Source: Acutalibacteraceae bacterium
GTDB taxonomy: Bacteria > Bacillota > Clostridia > Oscillospirales > Acutalibacteraceae
Assembly (NCBI GenBank): GCA_045637705.1
Contig: JAZTZY010000013.1
Location: forward strand, 11,154 to 75,153
Reading direction: 5' to 3'
DNA: 64,000 nucleotides
Positions 1-11,413 of the stretch are shown here, piece after piece (position 1 is the first letter of the stretch; each line of letters begins with the position of its first letter). Below the pieces are notes generated by a model that was given only the letters and a program-made list of their open reading frames with translations, made no database searches and was not told the origin of the DNA. A program made the translations under genes and the position numbers.

Positions 1-1216
1 CGGCAGCGGTGAGACACTTAAAAAGCTTCAGACTCAGATGGAAGAAGCCGCAGAAAAAATGGAATATGAAAAAGCCGCAAGGTACCGTGACAAAATAAAG
101 TCTATTGAGAGAATTGCCGCAAGACAGAAGGTTGTGGTTGAAGACAGCACCAACGAAGATGTTTTCGCCATTGCTCAGAGAGGTAACAAAGCCTGCCTTG
201 CAGTGCTTTCTTTCAGAGAGGGTTTGCTTGTAAACACCGAGCATTTTATTATAGATTATTCAGAAAATCTTGCCGATACGAGATATGAACTTATAACCTC
301 TTATTATTCCTCAGGCAGACAGATACCGCCTTTGATAGTTGTTGACGGTGATGTTACGGATAAGGAGCTTATAGAAGAATACCTATGTCAGAGACGGCAG
401 AAGAAAGCTGCCATACTCAAGCCTCAGCGAGGCGAAAAGGTCAGGGTAATGGAGATGTGTCTGCAGAATGCGGCTCAGAAGCTGGGCGAATATCTCGGCA
501 GGGCAGGTCGTGAAACGGCTGTACTCGATGAACTTGCGAAGATACTCGGACTTTCTAAGACTCCCGAATATATCGAGTCTTACGATATATCCCACACTGC
601 GGGCAGTGACAATGTTGCAGGCATGATAGTCTTTAAAAATGCACAGCCATACAGAAAAGCTTATAAGAGATTCAGCATAAAAGGCTTCGACGGTCAGGAT
701 GATTACGGCTCGATGAGAGAGGTCATCTCAAGACGCTTTAACAGATATATGGAAGAGCAGGAAACAGGGGAGGGCTTCGGCAGACTTCCCGACCTGATAT
801 TGCTTGACGGCGGTCAGGGTCAGGTCAATGCGGTCAAACCCATTATCGAGGCTTTCGGTTTAGATGTACCCGTTTTCGGTATGGTCAAAGACTCAAAGCA
901 CCGAACCAGGGCCATAGCCTCGGGCGGTGAGGAAATCAGCATAAATTACGGCAGAGAGGTTTTCACTCTTGTCTCTTCAATACAGGAAGAAGTCCACAGA
1001 TTTGCTATCAGCTATCATAAGAGCAAACACACTAAAAACACTGTGAAAACAGCTCTGACTCAGATTGAGGGCATCGGTGAAAAGAAAGCGACAAACCTTC
1101 TTTTGCATTTTAAGACAGTTGCTAAAATAAAAAATGCCACCCCCGAAGACCTCGGCAGGGTACCCGGAATAAACAAAAATGATGCTCAGAAAATATATGA
1201 GCACTTCAAAAGATGA
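1..1216 (+). CDS. uvrC: Excinuclease ABC subunit C, C-terminal part (5' end lies outside the window)
   Basis: ORF 38..1216 is open to the window edge. It shows the UvrBC-interaction motif (EYEKAARYRDKI), an RNase-H-like endonuclease region and a C-terminal HhH pair (GIGEKKA...LGRVPGIN). Confidence 0.85.
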   Translation, partial: GSGETLKKLQTQMEEAAEKMEYEKAARYRDKIKSIERIAARQKVVVEDSTNEDVFAIAQRGNKACLAVLSFREGLLVNTEHFIIDYSENLADTRYELITSYYSSGRQIPPLIVVDGDVTDKELIEEYLCQRRQKKAAILKPQRGEKVRVMEMCLQNAAQKLGEYLGRAGRETAVLDELAKILGLSKTPEYIESYDISHTAGSDNVAGMIVFKNAQPYRKAYKRFSIKGFDGQDDYGSMREVISRRFNRYMEEQETGEGFGRLPDLILLDGGQGQVNAVKPIIEAFGLDVPVFGMVKDSKHRTRAIASGGEEISINYGREVFTLVSSIQEEVHRFAISYHKSKHTKNTVKTALTQIEGIGEKKATNLLLHFKTVAKIKNATPEDLGRVPGINKNDAQKIYEHFKR

Positions 1217-1230
1217 AAGGAAGAATGAAA

Positions 1231-1611
1231 ATGACACTTGCAGAATCACTCAAAGAAATCAGAAAAAAATTTAATATGACTCAGGATGAAGTAGCTTTAT
1301 TTTTAGGAGTGAGCCGTAGCGGATATACCTATTACGAGACCGGCAAATCAGAGCCGTCGATAGATACACTCAAAAAGCTCGCAACTATATATGACATTAC
1401 AGTCGATGAGATATTATCTATGCCGAAGAAAAAAATTATAGGAAGAAAAATTGCCGAAGACGATATCTCAGCATCAGGCGCTGACCCTATAATGTATATG
1501 AAAAAGGATGAGAAGAGTCTTGTTATGGCATACAGACTCGCTTCAAAAGAAAATAAAGAAAAAATTTTATCAGAAGCATTTGCTTTGGCTAATGAAGAAA
1601 ATGTTGAATAA
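1231..1611 (+). CDS. XRE-family helix-turn-helix transcriptional regulator
   Basis: HTH_3 signature (MTQDEVALFLGVSRSGYTYYETGKSEPSIDTLKKLATIYDITVDEIL). RBS AAAGGAAG precedes the ATG at 1231; ORF-track start 1213 overlaps the uvrC stop. Confidence 0.7.
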   Translation: MTLAESLKEIRKKFNMTQDEVALFLGVSRSGYTYYETGKSEPSIDTLKKLATIYDITVDEILSMPKKKIIGRKIAEDDISASGADPIMYMKKDEKSLVMAYRLASKENKEKILSEAFALANEENVE

Positions 1612-1714
1612 GTTTTAATATTTTTTATATACCGGTAAATCTGTTAAAAATCTCTTGACAAAAAATTCTCATACGGATATACTTGAATTACCAAATTAAA
1701 GGAGGCAAATAATT

Positions 1715-2137
1715 ATGAAAAAGATTATTGCATTATTACTCGCTCTTATTATGACTTTCTCAGTTGCTACAGTTGCTTTCGCAACAGATGCTGAAGCTCC
1801 TGAAACAAACAGTGGTGAAGTTGCTCCCGAAGCTCCCGAAGAAGGTAAGCTTTCAGATAAGCTTGGCGATTTACTCGGCGAATATGAGAAACTTCTCGAC
1901 CTTCCCTTCGGTGTAGTTAAACCCGCTCTCAAGATTGCTAAGATTGCTCTCAAGTTCCTCAAGGTTTACCTTAAGATCTGTGATGTTTTCCATCTTGATC
2001 CTATGAAAACAGCTCAGTTTATCTTCGATTATGTTGGTGGCGTTCTTGAAGACAACGGTGTTCAGATTCCCGGCACAGGTGAAGAAGCTCCTGAAGAAGC
2101 TCCGGCTGAACCCGAAACAACAGCTGCTGCAGCATAA
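1715..2137 (+). CDS. Small secreted protein, function unknown
   Basis: AGGAGG RBS, N-terminal signal peptide (MKKIIALLLALIMTFSVATVAFA), acidic Pro/Glu-rich tails and a central amphipathic segment. Confidence 0.55.
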   Translation: MKKIIALLLALIMTFSVATVAFATDAEAPETNSGEVAPEAPEEGKLSDKLGDLLGEYEKLLDLPFGVVKPALKIAKIALKFLKVYLKICDVFHLDPMKTAQFIFDYVGGVLEDNGVQIPGTGEEAPEEAPAEPETTAAAA

Positions 2138-2154
2138 AAAAACAAACAACATAC

Positions 2155-2188
2155 GCCGAGTGTCCGAAAGGATGCTCGGTAGTTTTTT
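2155..2188 (+). terminator. Rho-independent terminator candidate
   Basis: ccgag...ctcgg stem followed by tagtttttt. Confidence 0.4.
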
Positions 2189-2282
2189 GTTTAAAGCTTT
2201 ATTGTTAAATTGCACAAAAACATACATCTGAAATTATGCAAACCCGTCAAGTCTACAAAATTTCTCGCGGAAGAAAAAAATG

Positions 2283-2311
2283 TTGACAAAGGCACTATAA
2301 TAGGTTATAAT
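2283..2311 (+). promoter_or_regulatory. Sigma-A-type promoter of the str operon
   Basis: TTGACA (2283-2288), 17-nt spacer, TATAAT (2306-2311). Confidence 0.5.
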
Positions 2312-2354
2312 AGCAGGGCATGTGATTATGCGATGTAATATTTTAAGAAAGGAG

Positions 2355-2786
2355 ATGCTACGATTGCCAACCTTTAACCAGTTAGTTCGCAGCGGTAGAG
2401 AAACACTTGTAAAGAAGCCTAAGGCTCCTGCTCTTCTTAAGGGTCTCAACTCAAAGAAGAATGTTATGACTGACCACAGCGCACCCCAGAAGCGTGGTGT
2501 TTGCACAGCAGTTAAAACAGCTACACCGAAAAAGCCTAACTCAGCTCTTCGTAAGATCGCCAGAGTTCGTCTTACAAACGGCATTGAAGTTTCAGCTTAT
2601 ATCCCCGGCGTAGGCCACAACCTTCAGGAACACTCAGTAGTTCTCATCAGAGGCGGCCGTGTTAAGGACCTTCCCGGTGTGCGTTACCACATCGTCCGCG
2701 GTACACTCGATACACAGGGTGTTAACGGCAGAATGCAGAGCCGTTCAAAATACGGTGCTAAGCGTCCTAAGGCAGCTAAGAAATAA
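2355..2786 (+). CDS. rpsL: 30S ribosomal protein S12
   Basis: [12 protein letters not shown]...[17 protein letters not shown]...[30 protein letters not shown] at 2364 would give the canonical MPTFNQL start. Confidence 0.95.
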   Translation: MLRLPTFNQLVRSGRETLVKKPKAPALLKGLNSKKNVMTDHSAPQKRGVCTAVKTATPKKPNSALRKIARVRLTNGIEVSAYIPGVGHNLQEHSVVLIRGGRVKDLPGVRYHIVRGTLDTQGVNGRMQSRSKYGAKRPKAAKK

Positions 2787-3006
2787 TTCAGCGAAAGTTC
2801 TGAATTAAACAAAACAAATTTTAAAAGAATCCGTAGTCAGACGGAAAAAACTATGAATTGACAAATCTTCTTGCAGGCAGACAGCTGTAAGATGCTGTCG
2901 GAATGTGAGAGTGTATATATATTATTGTATGCCTCTCAATTTGGTGCCGACGGGAATTTGTCACTCGAGTACCTATGATATCATTATTATGAAGGAGGGA
3001 AGCGCA

Positions 3007-3477
3007 GTGCCAAGAAGAGGCCAGATCGCAAAACGTGACGTTTTGCCGGATCCGCTTTACAATTCAAAGCTTGTAACACGTCTTATTAACAGTGTTATGT
3101 ACGATGGTAAAAAAGGTGTCGCTCAGAAAATTGTATACGACGCTTTCGATATCATCAAGGAAAAAACAGGTAAGGAACCCCTCGAGGTTTTCGAAACAGC
3201 AATGGAAAATGTAATGCGCTTGCTCGAAGTTAAGGCTCGCCGTGTAGGTGGTTCAACTTACCAGGTTCCCATGGATGTTCGTCCCGAAAGAAGACAGACA
3301 TTGGGTCTTCGTTGGATCACACTCTACAGCCGTCAGCGTTCAGAAAGAACAATGAAGGAAAGACTTGCCAACGAAATCATTGATGCTACCAACGAAACAG
3401 GTTCAGCATTCAAGAAGCGTGAAGATACCCATAAGATGGCTGAAGCTAACAAAGCTTTCGCACATTTCAGATGGTAA
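3007..3477 (+). CDS. rpsG: 30S ribosomal protein S7
   Basis: GTG start after [36 protein letters not shown]...AFAHFRW. Confidence 0.95.
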   Translation: MPRRGQIAKRDVLPDPLYNSKLVTRLINSVMYDGKKGVAQKIVYDAFDIIKEKTGKEPLEVFETAMENVMRLLEVKARRVGGSTYQVPMDVRPERRQTLGLRWITLYSRQRSERTMKERLANEIIDATNETGSAFKKREDTHKMAEANKAFAHFRW

Positions 3478-3516
3478 TAATCTTATTCGCTTAAATTTTA
3501 ATAGGAGGATAAAGTT

Positions 3517-5595
3517 ATGGCCAGAAAGGTATCACTTGAAAAAACAAGAAATATTGGTATTATGGCTCATATTGACGCAGGTAAGACTACAACATCAGAG
3601 CGTATTCTTTACTACACAGGCGTTAACCATAAGATTGGTGAAACCCACGACGGTTCAGCAACTATGGACTGGATGGCTCAGGAGCAGGAAAGAGGTATCA
3701 CAATTACTTCAGCTGCTACTACATGCTTCTGGAAAGACCATCGTATCAATATCATCGACACACCGGGCCACGTTGACTTCACAGTAGAAGTTCAGCGTTC
3801 ACTCCGTGTACTTGACGGTTCAGTTACCGTTCTTTGTGCTAAGGGTGGCGTTGAGCCTCAGAGTGAAACAGTTTGGCGTCAGGCTGACGAGTATAAAGTA
3901 CCCCGTATGATCTATGTTAATAAGATGGACATTATGGGTGCTGACTTCTATCGCGTTCTCAAGATGATCAAGGAGCGTTTCAACTGCAACGCAGTTCCCG
4001 TACAGCTCCCCATCGGTTCAGAAAGCGATTTCAAGGGTATTGTTGACCTTGTAAACAACAATGCTATCGTTTATTACGACGACCTTGGTAAAGATGTAAG
4101 AATTGAAGAAATTCCTGAAGAAATGAAGGATCTTGCTGAAGAGTACCGTAACAACCTCATCGAAGCAGTTTGCGAAATGGATGAGGAACTTATGGAAAAA
4201 TACTTCGAAGGCGAAGAACCCTCAGTAGCTGACATGAAGAGAATCATCCGTGCGGCAACTATCTCAAATGATATGGTTCCCGTATGCTGCGGTACTTCAT
4301 ACCGTAACAAGGGTGTTCAGCCTCTCCTCGATAACATCGTGGACTACATGCCCGCTCCCACAGACATCGAAGCTATCAAGGGTGTTAACCCTGAAACAGA
4401 AGAAGAGGAAGTAAGACATTCATCAGACGAAGAACCCTTCGCAGCTCTTGCTTTCAAGATTGCTACTGACCCCTTCGTTGGTAAGCTCTGCTTCTTCCGT
4501 GTATATTCAGGTACAGTTGAAGCAGGTACAACCGTTTACAACTCAGTTAAGGATAACAGAGAAAGACTCGGTCGTATCCTTCAGATGCACGCTAACCACA
4601 GAGAAGACATTGATATCGTATATTCAGGTGATATCGCTGCTACAGTTGGTCTTAAGAACACAACTACAGGTGATACACTCTGCGATCAGAAGAATCCCAT
4701 CATTCTTGAATCAATGAACTTCCCCGAACCCGTTATCCGTGTAGCTATCGAACCCAAAACAAAAGCAGGTCAGGAAAAGATGGGCATCGGCCTTCAGAAG
4801 CTTGCTGAAGAAGATCCCACATTCCGTTGCTATACAGATGAAGAAACAGGCCAGACCATCATCGCAGGTATGGGTGAGCTTCATCTCGAAATCATCGTTG
4901 ACAGACTTCTCCGTGAATTCAAGGTAGAAGCTAACGTAGGTAAGCCTCAGGTTGCATACAGAGAAACTATCCGCGCAGCTGCTTCATCAGATACCAAGTA
5001 TGCACGTCAGTCAGGTGGTAAGGGTCAGTACGGTCACGTTAAGATCAACATCGAACCCAACCCCGACAAGGGATATGAGTTTGTTAACAACATCGTCGGT
5101 GGTGCTATTCCCAAGGAATACATCGGACCCGTTGATGCAGGTATCCAGGGCGCTATGCAGTCAGGTGTTATTGCAGGCTACAGCATGGTTGACGTTAAGG
5201 TAACTCTTTATGACGGTTCATACCATGAAGTTGACTCATCAGAAATGGCATTCAAGATTGCAGGTTCAATGGCATTCAAAGATGCTGCTAAGAAAGCAAG
5301 CCCCGTTCTTCTCGAGCCCATCATGAAGGTTGTAGTTATTACTCCCGAAGATTATATGGGCGACGTTATCGGCGACCTTAACTCACGCCGTGGCGAAATC
5401 CAGGGCTTCGAAGACCGTACAGGTGTTAAGCAGATCAATGCAAGAGTACCTCTTGCTGAAATGTTCGGTTACGCTACCGACCTTCGTTCAAAGACACAGG
5501 GTCGTGGTCAGTATGTAATGGAACCCGACGGTTACAAAGAAGTTCCCAAGTCAATTGCAGAGTCAATTGTTACAGAAAGAAGCAAGAGAGACTAA
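3517..5595 (+). CDS. fusA: Elongation factor G
   Basis: 692 aa. [26 protein letters not shown], and rpsL-rpsG-fusA-tuf synteny. Confidence 0.97.
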   Translation: MARKVSLEKTRNIGIMAHIDAGKTTTSERILYYTGVNHKIGETHDGSATMDWMAQEQERGITITSAATTCFWKDHRINIIDTPGHVDFTVEVQRSLRVLDGSVTVLCAKGGVEPQSETVWRQADEYKVPRMIYVNKMDIMGADFYRVLKMIKERFNCNAVPVQLPIGSESDFKGIVDLVNNNAIVYYDDLGKDVRIEEIPEEMKDLAEEYRNNLIEAVCEMDEELMEKYFEGEEPSVADMKRIIRAATISNDMVPVCCGTSYRNKGVQPLLDNIVDYMPAPTDIEAIKGVNPETEEEEVRHSSDEEPFAALAFKIATDPFVGKLCFFRVYSGTVEAGTTVYNSVKDNRERLGRILQMHANHREDIDIVYSGDIAATVGLKNTTTGDTLCDQKNPIILESMNFPEPVIRVAIEPKTKAGQEKMGIGLQKLAEEDPTFRCYTDEETGQTIIAGMGELHLEIIVDRLLREFKVEANVGKPQVAYRETIRAAASSDTKYARQSGGKGQYGHVKINIEPNPDKGYEFVNNIVGGAIPKEYIGPVDAGIQGAMQSGVIAGYSMVDVKVTLYDGSYHEVDSSEMAFKIAGSMAFKDAAKKASPVLLEPIMKVVVITPEDYMGDVIGDLNSRRGEIQGFEDRTGVKQINARVPLAEMFGYATDLRSKTQGRGQYVMEPDGYKEVPKSIAESIVTERSKRD

Positions 5596-5706
5596 TTTTT
5601 TCTTAAAAAGGTCTTGAAATTCTTTAATATTCTTGATAGAATATAAATAATGTAGCCTATTGCTACACCCAAATAAAAACATTGCATTATTAAGGAGGAG
5701 ATTCCA

Positions 5707-6909
5707 ATGGCAAAAGCAAAATTTGAAAGAACCAAACCCCACGTTAACATTGGTACTATCGGCCACGTTGACCACGGTAAGACAACCCTTACAGCTGCTA
5801 TCACAAAGACACTCGCTATGAAGGGTGGCGCAGACTTCATCGATTACGCTAACATCGATAAGGCTCCCGAAGAAAGAGAAAGAGGTATCACAATCAACAC
5901 AGCTCACGTTGAGTACGAGACAGAAACACGTCACTACGCTCACGTTGACTGCCCCGGCCACGCCGACTACATCAAGAACATGATCACAGGTGCTGCTCAG
6001 ATGGACGGTGCTATCCTTGTTATCGCTTCAACAGACGGCCCCATGGCTCAGACAAAAGAACACCTTCTTCTTGCTCGTCAGGTAGGCGTTCCTTACATCA
6101 TCGTATTCATGAACAAGGTTGACCAGGTTGACGACGAAGAACTTCTTGAACTCGTTGAAATGGAAATCCGTGAAACACTTGACGAATATGAATTCCCCGG
6201 CGATGATACACCCATCATCAAGGGTTCAGCTCTCAAGGCTCTCGAATATGCAGGCGGCGACGTAAGCGCTCCCGAACTTGCTCCCATCTGGGAACTCATG
6301 GATGCAGTTGACAGCTACATCCCCACACCCGATCGTAAGGCAGACCTTCCCTTCCTTATGCCCGTAGAAGACGTATTCACAATCACAGGTCGTGGTACTG
6401 TTGCTACAGGTAGAGTTGAAAGAGGTCAGCTCAAGACAGGTGAAGAACTTGAAATCGTTGGTCTTACTGAAGAAAAGAGAAAGACAGTATGTACTGGTAT
6501 CGAAATGTTCAGAAAGATCCTTGACTACGCAGAGGCAGGCGACAACATCGGTGCTCTTCTTCGTGGTATCCAGAGAACAGAAATTGAACGTGGCCAGGTT
6601 CTTGCTAAGCCCGGTTCAATTCACCCCCACACAAAGTTCCGCGGTCAGGTTTACGTTCTTAATAAGGATGAAGGCGGCCGTCACACACCTTTCTTCAACA
6701 ACTATCGTCCTCAGTTCTACTTCAGAACAACTGACGTTACAGGTACAATTTCACTTCCCGAAGGCGTTGAAATGTGCATGCCTGGTGATAACGTTGAAAT
6801 GGACGTTACACTTATCACAGAAATCGCTATCGAAGAAGGTCTTCGTTTCGCTATCCGTGAAGGTGGCCGTACAGTTGGTTCAGGCGTTGTTACAGCTATC
6901 AACGAATAA
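5707..6909 (+). CDS. tuf: Elongation factor Tu
   Basis: 400 aa. [27 protein letters not shown]. Confidence 0.97.
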   Translation: MAKAKFERTKPHVNIGTIGHVDHGKTTLTAAITKTLAMKGGADFIDYANIDKAPEERERGITINTAHVEYETETRHYAHVDCPGHADYIKNMITGAAQMDGAILVIASTDGPMAQTKEHLLLARQVGVPYIIVFMNKVDQVDDEELLELVEMEIRETLDEYEFPGDDTPIIKGSALKALEYAGGDVSAPELAPIWELMDAVDSYIPTPDRKADLPFLMPVEDVFTITGRGTVATGRVERGQLKTGEELEIVGLTEEKRKTVCTGIEMFRKILDYAEAGDNIGALLRGIQRTEIERGQVLAKPGSIHPHTKFRGQVYVLNKDEGGRHTPFFNNYRPQFYFRTTDVTGTISLPEGVEMCMPGDNVEMDVTLITEIAIEEGLRFAIREGGRTVGSGVVTAINE

Positions 6910-6932
6910 TTGGTGCTTTCATAACACAACTA

Positions 6933-6966
6933 AAGACTCTCACTTATGTGGGAGTCTTTTTTATTA
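6933..6966 (+). terminator. Rho-independent terminator of the str operon
   Basis: agactctcac-ttat-gtgggagtct hairpin plus a T-run. Confidence 0.6.
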
Positions 6967-6971
6967 TACGT

Positions 6972-7110
6972 GGGGGAGTGGTGCAAGAGAGGGGGAGGCG
7001 GCTCCATCAAGTCGCTTTGCGATTTGCGGCTGCGGAGCAGCCGGCCCGAACGATAGTTCGGGCATGGAGCCGCCGCACTATCCGTCATAGCAAACTATAT
7101 GACGCGTGCC
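6972..7110. repeat. GC-rich structured element E1 (outer stem plus three hairpins)
   Basis: Outer stem ggcggctccat (6997-7007) pairs atggagccgcc (7064-7074). Inner hairpins: tcgc-tttg-cga, cggctgc-gga-gcagccg, gcccgaac-gata-gttcgggc. Shares the 5' flank GTGCAAGAG with E7. Confidence 0.6.
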
Positions 7111-7201
7111 ATAATAATTTTGATTTTTGCTATTGCTCAACTCTATCTTTTATGCTATAATATATTGATAAATTTTCACTCCGATTATATAGAGGTGAAC
7201 T

Positions 7202-9019
7202 ATGGCTGTTAAAAAAGAAAATATAAGAAACTTTTCTATCATCGCCCATATCGACCACGGCAAGTCAACTCTTGCAGACAGACTTCTCGAAATCACTGAC
7301 TCTGTGGCTAAACGTGATATGTCGGCTCAGATTCTCGACGATATGGACCTTGAAAAAGAAAGAGGAATCACTATAAAGGCTCACGCTGTAAAGCTTGACT
7401 ATAAGGCTAAAGACGGCGAAACTTATGAGCTCAACCTTATCGATACTCCGGGTCACGTTGACTTTAACTATGAGGTTTCACGTTCACTCGCGGCTTGTGA
7501 GGGTGCTATCCTTATTATCGACGCTTCTCAGGGCATCGAAGCTCAGACTCTTGCCAATACTTATCTTGCTCTCGACCACGACCTTGAGCTTGTTCCCGTT
7601 ATCAATAAAATCGACCTGCCTGCTGCAGAGCCTGACAGAGTTGCCGCTGAGGTTGAAGAAATCATCGGTCTTGACTGTATGAGCGCTCCCAGAGTGTCGG
7701 CTAAAACAGGCGAAAATGTGGCTGATGTGCTCGAAAAAATTGTTGCGGATATTCCCGCTCCCGCAGACGCTGTAGACGATGCACCTCTCAAGGCGTTGAT
7801 TTTCGACTCAGTTTATGACAACTATAAGGGTGTTATTGTTTATGTCCGCGTTATGCAGGGCACCCTTAAAGCAGGCGAAACAATGAAAATGATGGCTACG
7901 GGTGTCGAGTTCAATGTTGTTGAAGTAGGCTATATGCGAGCTACGGGTCTTGAACCCTGTAAGGAGCTTTCTGCAGGTGAGGTAGGCTACATTACTGCCT
8001 CAATCAAAACTGTCCGTGATGCTAAAGTGGGTGATACCGTCACAAAGCTTCAGAGACCTTCTGATAAACCTCTTCCCGGTTACAGAAAGGTTAATCCTAT
8101 GGTTTACTGCGGTGTGTATCCTGCCGACGGAGCAGACTATGAAGCTCTTCGCGATGCTCTTGAAAAATTGCAGCTTAACGATGCTTCTCTTTCATATGAG
8201 CCTGAAACATCAGGTGCTCTCGGTTTCGGTTTCCGTTGCGGTTTCCTCGGACTTCTGCATCTTGAAATTATTCAGGAAAGACTCGAGAGAGAATATAATC
8301 TCGACCTTGTTACAACAGTACCGTCGGTTGTGTATAAAGTCCATCTCGGTGACGGCAGTGTTGTCGATGTTGATAATCCCACTCACTATCCCGATCAGGC
8401 TAATATCGATTTCTGTGAGGAACCCATAACCAATGCTCATATCTATGCTCCGTCAGATTATGTGGGAGCCATTATGGACCTTTGTCAGGACAGACGAGGC
8501 GTTTTCAAAGATATGAAATATATCACCACAGACCGTGTTGATATTCACTATGAGCTTCCTCTTAACGAAATTATCTATGACTTCTTCGATGCCCTCAAGT
8601 CAAGAACGAGAGGCTATGCTTCATTTGACTATGAGATTTTCGAATACAGACGTTCTACTCTTCAGAAGGTAGACGTGCTTCTCAACGGTGATATCATCGA
8701 TGCGCTGAGCTTCATCATTCACTCTGAAAAAGCTCAGGCAAGAGCAAGAAAGATTGCTGAAAAGCTCAAGACTCATATACCCAGACAGATGTTCGAGATA
8801 CCCATTCAGGTTGCAATCGGCTCAAAGGTTATTGCCCGTGAGACTGTTAAGGCGATGAGAAAAGACGTTCTTGCCAAGTGTTACGGCGGTGACATCACCC
8901 GTAAGAAGAAGCTTCTTGAGAAACAGAAGGAAGGTAAAAAGCGTATGCGTCAGTTCGGCAGCGTTGAAGTGCCTCAGGAGGCATTTATGGCTGTGCTCAA
9001 GCTTGACGACGATAATTAA
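7202..9019 (+). CDS. lepA: Elongation factor 4
   Basis: 605 aa. [28 protein letters not shown], and the conserved LepA C-terminus. Confidence 0.95.
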   Translation: MAVKKENIRNFSIIAHIDHGKSTLADRLLEITDSVAKRDMSAQILDDMDLEKERGITIKAHAVKLDYKAKDGETYELNLIDTPGHVDFNYEVSRSLAACEGAILIIDASQGIEAQTLANTYLALDHDLELVPVINKIDLPAAEPDRVAAEVEEIIGLDCMSAPRVSAKTGENVADVLEKIVADIPAPADAVDDAPLKALIFDSVYDNYKGVIVYVRVMQGTLKAGETMKMMATGVEFNVVEVGYMRATGLEPCKELSAGEVGYITASIKTVRDAKVGDTVTKLQRPSDKPLPGYRKVNPMVYCGVYPADGADYEALRDALEKLQLNDASLSYEPETSGALGFGFRCGFLGLLHLEIIQERLEREYNLDLVTTVPSVVYKVHLGDGSVVDVDNPTHYPDQANIDFCEEPITNAHIYAPSDYVGAIMDLCQDRRGVFKDMKYITTDRVDIHYELPLNEIIYDFFDALKSRTRGYASFDYEIFEYRRSTLQKVDVLLNGDIIDALSFIIHSEKAQARARKIAEKLKTHIPRQMFEIPIQVAIGSKVIARETVKAMRKDVLAKCYGGDITRKKKLLEKQKEGKKRMRQFGSVEVPQEAFMAVLKLDDDN

Positions 9020-9026
9020 AAAGCAT

Positions 9027-10124
9027 ATGACAGGAATATATATTCATATACCCTTTTGTCAGGGGAAATGTCCTTATTGTGATTTCTATTCCTTTAAAGC
9101 TAATGAAACCGAAAAGGACAGCTACTTAAAGGCTGTCCTTTTGTGTCTTAAAAAGTGGAAAGAAAAAATAAGTGACAGCATAGATACGGTTTATTTCGGC
9201 GGTGGTACCCCGAGTGTTTTCGGCAGTGAGAGAATATCTCAGGTTCTTGAGTTTATAAAAGCTAACTTCTGTCTCACCGACGATGCGGAAATAACAGTGG
9301 AATGCAATCCCTCAAGTGTCTCCCGGGAGTTTTTTAAGGGTATCAGTAAGGCGGGAGCAAACAGAATATCTATGGGTATGCAGTCGGCTGTTAAAAAAGA
9401 GCGACTGACTCTCGGCAGAGTTTCAGACTCTTCTCAGGTCAGAGATGCCGTTGATATGGCAAAAAAAGAGGGAATAGACAATATTTCTCTTGATATAATG
9501 CTTGGGGTGCCATATCAGACTATGGAAAGCTTAGATGAAAGCATAGATTTTCTGCTGAGTCTAGAGATTCCTCATATCAGCGCCTATATGCTGAAAGTTG
9601 AAGAGGGAACACCCTTTGATAAAATGGTTGACAGTCTTCTGCTGCCTGATGAGGACACTGTGGCAGAGATGTATCTTCATTGTTCGGAGCGCCTTGTTTC
9701 GGCAGGGTACGAGCACTATGAAATCTCGAATTTTGCTTTGAAAGGTAAGCAGAGCCGACATAACAACCGCTATTGGAAAGGACAGGACTATATAGGTATC
9801 GGCCCCTCAGCTCATTCCTGTTTCGGCGGCGAAAGATTTTATTATGACAGAGATTTTAATAGTTTTGTTTCGGGCGCTGAGCCGATAAACGACGGCTTCG
9901 GCGGTGATAAAGAGGAATATATTATGCTCAGACTCAGACTCTCTGAGGGTTTGAATTTCGAGGAATATGAGAAAAAATTCGGTGAAAAAATATCTGAAAA
10001 TATAATTGAAAAGATGAAAAAATATCACAAAGCAGGTCTTTTGCATATTGATGATAAGGGGATAAGACTGACCCCTGAGGGATTCTTGCTTTCAAATGTG
10101 ATAATAGGAGAAATGATTAGTTAG
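9027..10124 (+). CDS. hemW: Radical SAM heme chaperone HemW (coproporphyrinogen-III-oxidase-like)
   Basis: MTGIYIHIPFCQGKCPYCDF (CxxxCxxC) and a HemN-C-like tail. The start is placed after the lepA stop. Confidence 0.85.
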   Translation: MTGIYIHIPFCQGKCPYCDFYSFKANETEKDSYLKAVLLCLKKWKEKISDSIDTVYFGGGTPSVFGSERISQVLEFIKANFCLTDDAEITVECNPSSVSREFFKGISKAGANRISMGMQSAVKKERLTLGRVSDSSQVRDAVDMAKKEGIDNISLDIMLGVPYQTMESLDESIDFLLSLEIPHISAYMLKVEEGTPFDKMVDSLLLPDEDTVAEMYLHCSERLVSAGYEHYEISNFALKGKQSRHNNRYWKGQDYIGIGPSAHSCFGGERFYYDRDFNSFVSGAEPINDGFGGDKEEYIMLRLRLSEGLNFEEYEKKFGEKISENIIEKMKKYHKAGLLHIDDKGIRLTPEGFLLSNVIIGEMIS

Positions 10125-10230
10125 CAGGTGGCGGTAGGTTGCGGCGGCTCCATACCCGTCTGAAAGACGGGTCGGCAACGCAGTCGCCGTAAATCGCCGA
10201 GGCGATTTAATGGAGCCGCCTCCTGCCTAC
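10125..10230. repeat. GC-rich structured element E2
   Basis: The same outer stem as E1: ggcggctccat (10144-10154) pairs atggagccgcc (10210-10220). Inner hairpins: cccgtct-gaaa-agacggg, aatcgcc-gag-gcgatt. An additional flanking pair gcaggtggcgg/ccgcctcctgc. Confidence 0.6.
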
Positions 10231-10261
10231 AGATATTACTCTGATAAAAGGAGTTGAAATT

Positions 10262-11413
10262 ATGAATAAATACGGTCTTGTATTAGCCGGTGGTGGCGGT
10301 AAGGGTGCTTATCAGATAGGTGCCTGGCAGGCTATGAGAGAAATGGGAATAGAATTTGAGGCTATTGCAGGTGCCTCAATCGGTGGTATAAACGGTGCTT
10401 TTATTGCTGCAGGTGACTATGATAAAGCAGTAGAGTTCTGGCATAATATTTCAGTGGATAAGGGTGTCAGTTTTGCCAAAAATCTCCCCGACAGCGAAAA
10501 TCTCTTTTCAAGAAAAAACTGGGGAGTGCTCTTTAAGGAGTTTATAAAGACCGGCGGTATCGATGCTTCGCCTGCAGGACAGTTTGTCTCAGAGTTTATT
10601 GATGAAAAGAAGGTCCGTGACAGCGGTATCGACCTTGCAGTTATTGCCGTTCAGATGACTCAGGGTGTTGTGCCCAGAGAAATATTTATTCACGAGATGC
10701 CTGATGGTCAGCTTGTGGATTATCTGCTTGCGTCTGCCAACATACCTCTTGCTCAGAATATCGGCCCTGAGGGTGAAAAGTTCCTTGACGGGGGAGCATA
10801 TGACAATGCTCCTGCTATGACTCTTAAAAAGCGAGGATATAACCGCCTGATTATAGTGGATATTTCAAATATAAAGGGTGTGGCTCACAGTCTTAACTAT
10901 CTCAACAGCGAGATTGTGCATATCAGACCATATGATATTGATGATTTGGGAGCTACCTTTGACTTTGACGATGCGGTTATTGACCGCAGAATAAAGCTCG
11001 GTTATCTTGATACCAAAAAGTCATTTTCATATCTTCTTGGCAACATCTACTATTTCGAACCCGAAATTTTCAGAGCTATGGTCAAGAGGTACTCTGCCGA
11101 TACAGTATTGCAAATAGAACAGATGGCTCATCTGCTGAAAATTGAAAAGGCTGAGATTTATGATGAAAATGAGTTTATCTCGGCTGTAAAAGCTGAATAT
11201 GAAAAAGAGATAATTACTTATTATGAGAAACAACAGGCTCTTTTGCAGGAGGAAGACGGTATAATGCTTCACCTCAAGAGACGGTTTATGGATAAGAAAA
11301 GCTTTGACGATTATCCCTTGGCTGTGGAGCTTTTTGACAGTCTTAACCCAAATCTCAAAGCTCTTAAGGAGCCTGTAACCAAAGAATTAGCGGAGACAAC
11401 CGATGAAGTTTAA
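10262..11413 (+). CDS. Patatin-like phospholipase
   Basis: GGGGKGAYQIGAWQAM glycine-rich loop, nucleophile-elbow G-A-S-I-G and a DGG motif. Confidence 0.8.
   Translation: MNKYGLVLAGGGGKGAYQIGAWQAMREMGIEFEAIAGASIGGINGAFIAAGDYDKAVEFWHNISVDKGVSFAKNLPDSENLFSRKNWGVLFKEFIKTGGIDASPAGQFVSEFIDEKKVRDSGIDLAVIAVQMTQGVVPREIFIHEMPDGQLVDYLLASANIPLAQNIGPEGEKFLDGGAYDNAPAMTLKKRGYNRLIIVDISNIKGVAHSLNYLNSEIVHIRPYDIDDLGATFDFDDAVIDRRIKLGYLDTKKSFSYLLGNIYYFEPEIFRAMVKRYSADTVLQIEQMAHLLKIEKAEIYDENEFISAVKAEYEKEIITYYEKQQALLQEEDGIMLHLKRRFMDKKSFDDYPLAVELFDSLNPNLKALKEPVTKELAETTDEV

Noticed and set aside
383-1249. Antisense ORFs inside uvrC (383..595, 977..1249), and similar antisense or alternate-frame ORFs inside fusA, tuf, lepA, clpX, the GH genes and others
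   Set aside because: They are embedded in genes with strong homology signal on the other strand or frame, and lack an RBS.
6392-7160. ORFs 6392..7090 and 6948..7160 spanning the tuf 3' end and element E1
   Set aside because: They overlap tuf out of frame or run through the GC-rich palindromic repeat. They lack RBSs and have a composition typical of repeat read-through.
8871-9026. ORF-track extension of the hemW reading frame upstream into lepA (MPSVTAV…)
   Set aside because: It overlaps the lepA coding end in another frame. A proper ATG (9027) lies 8 nt after the lepA stop and gives the canonical HemW N-terminus MTGIYIHIPFC.
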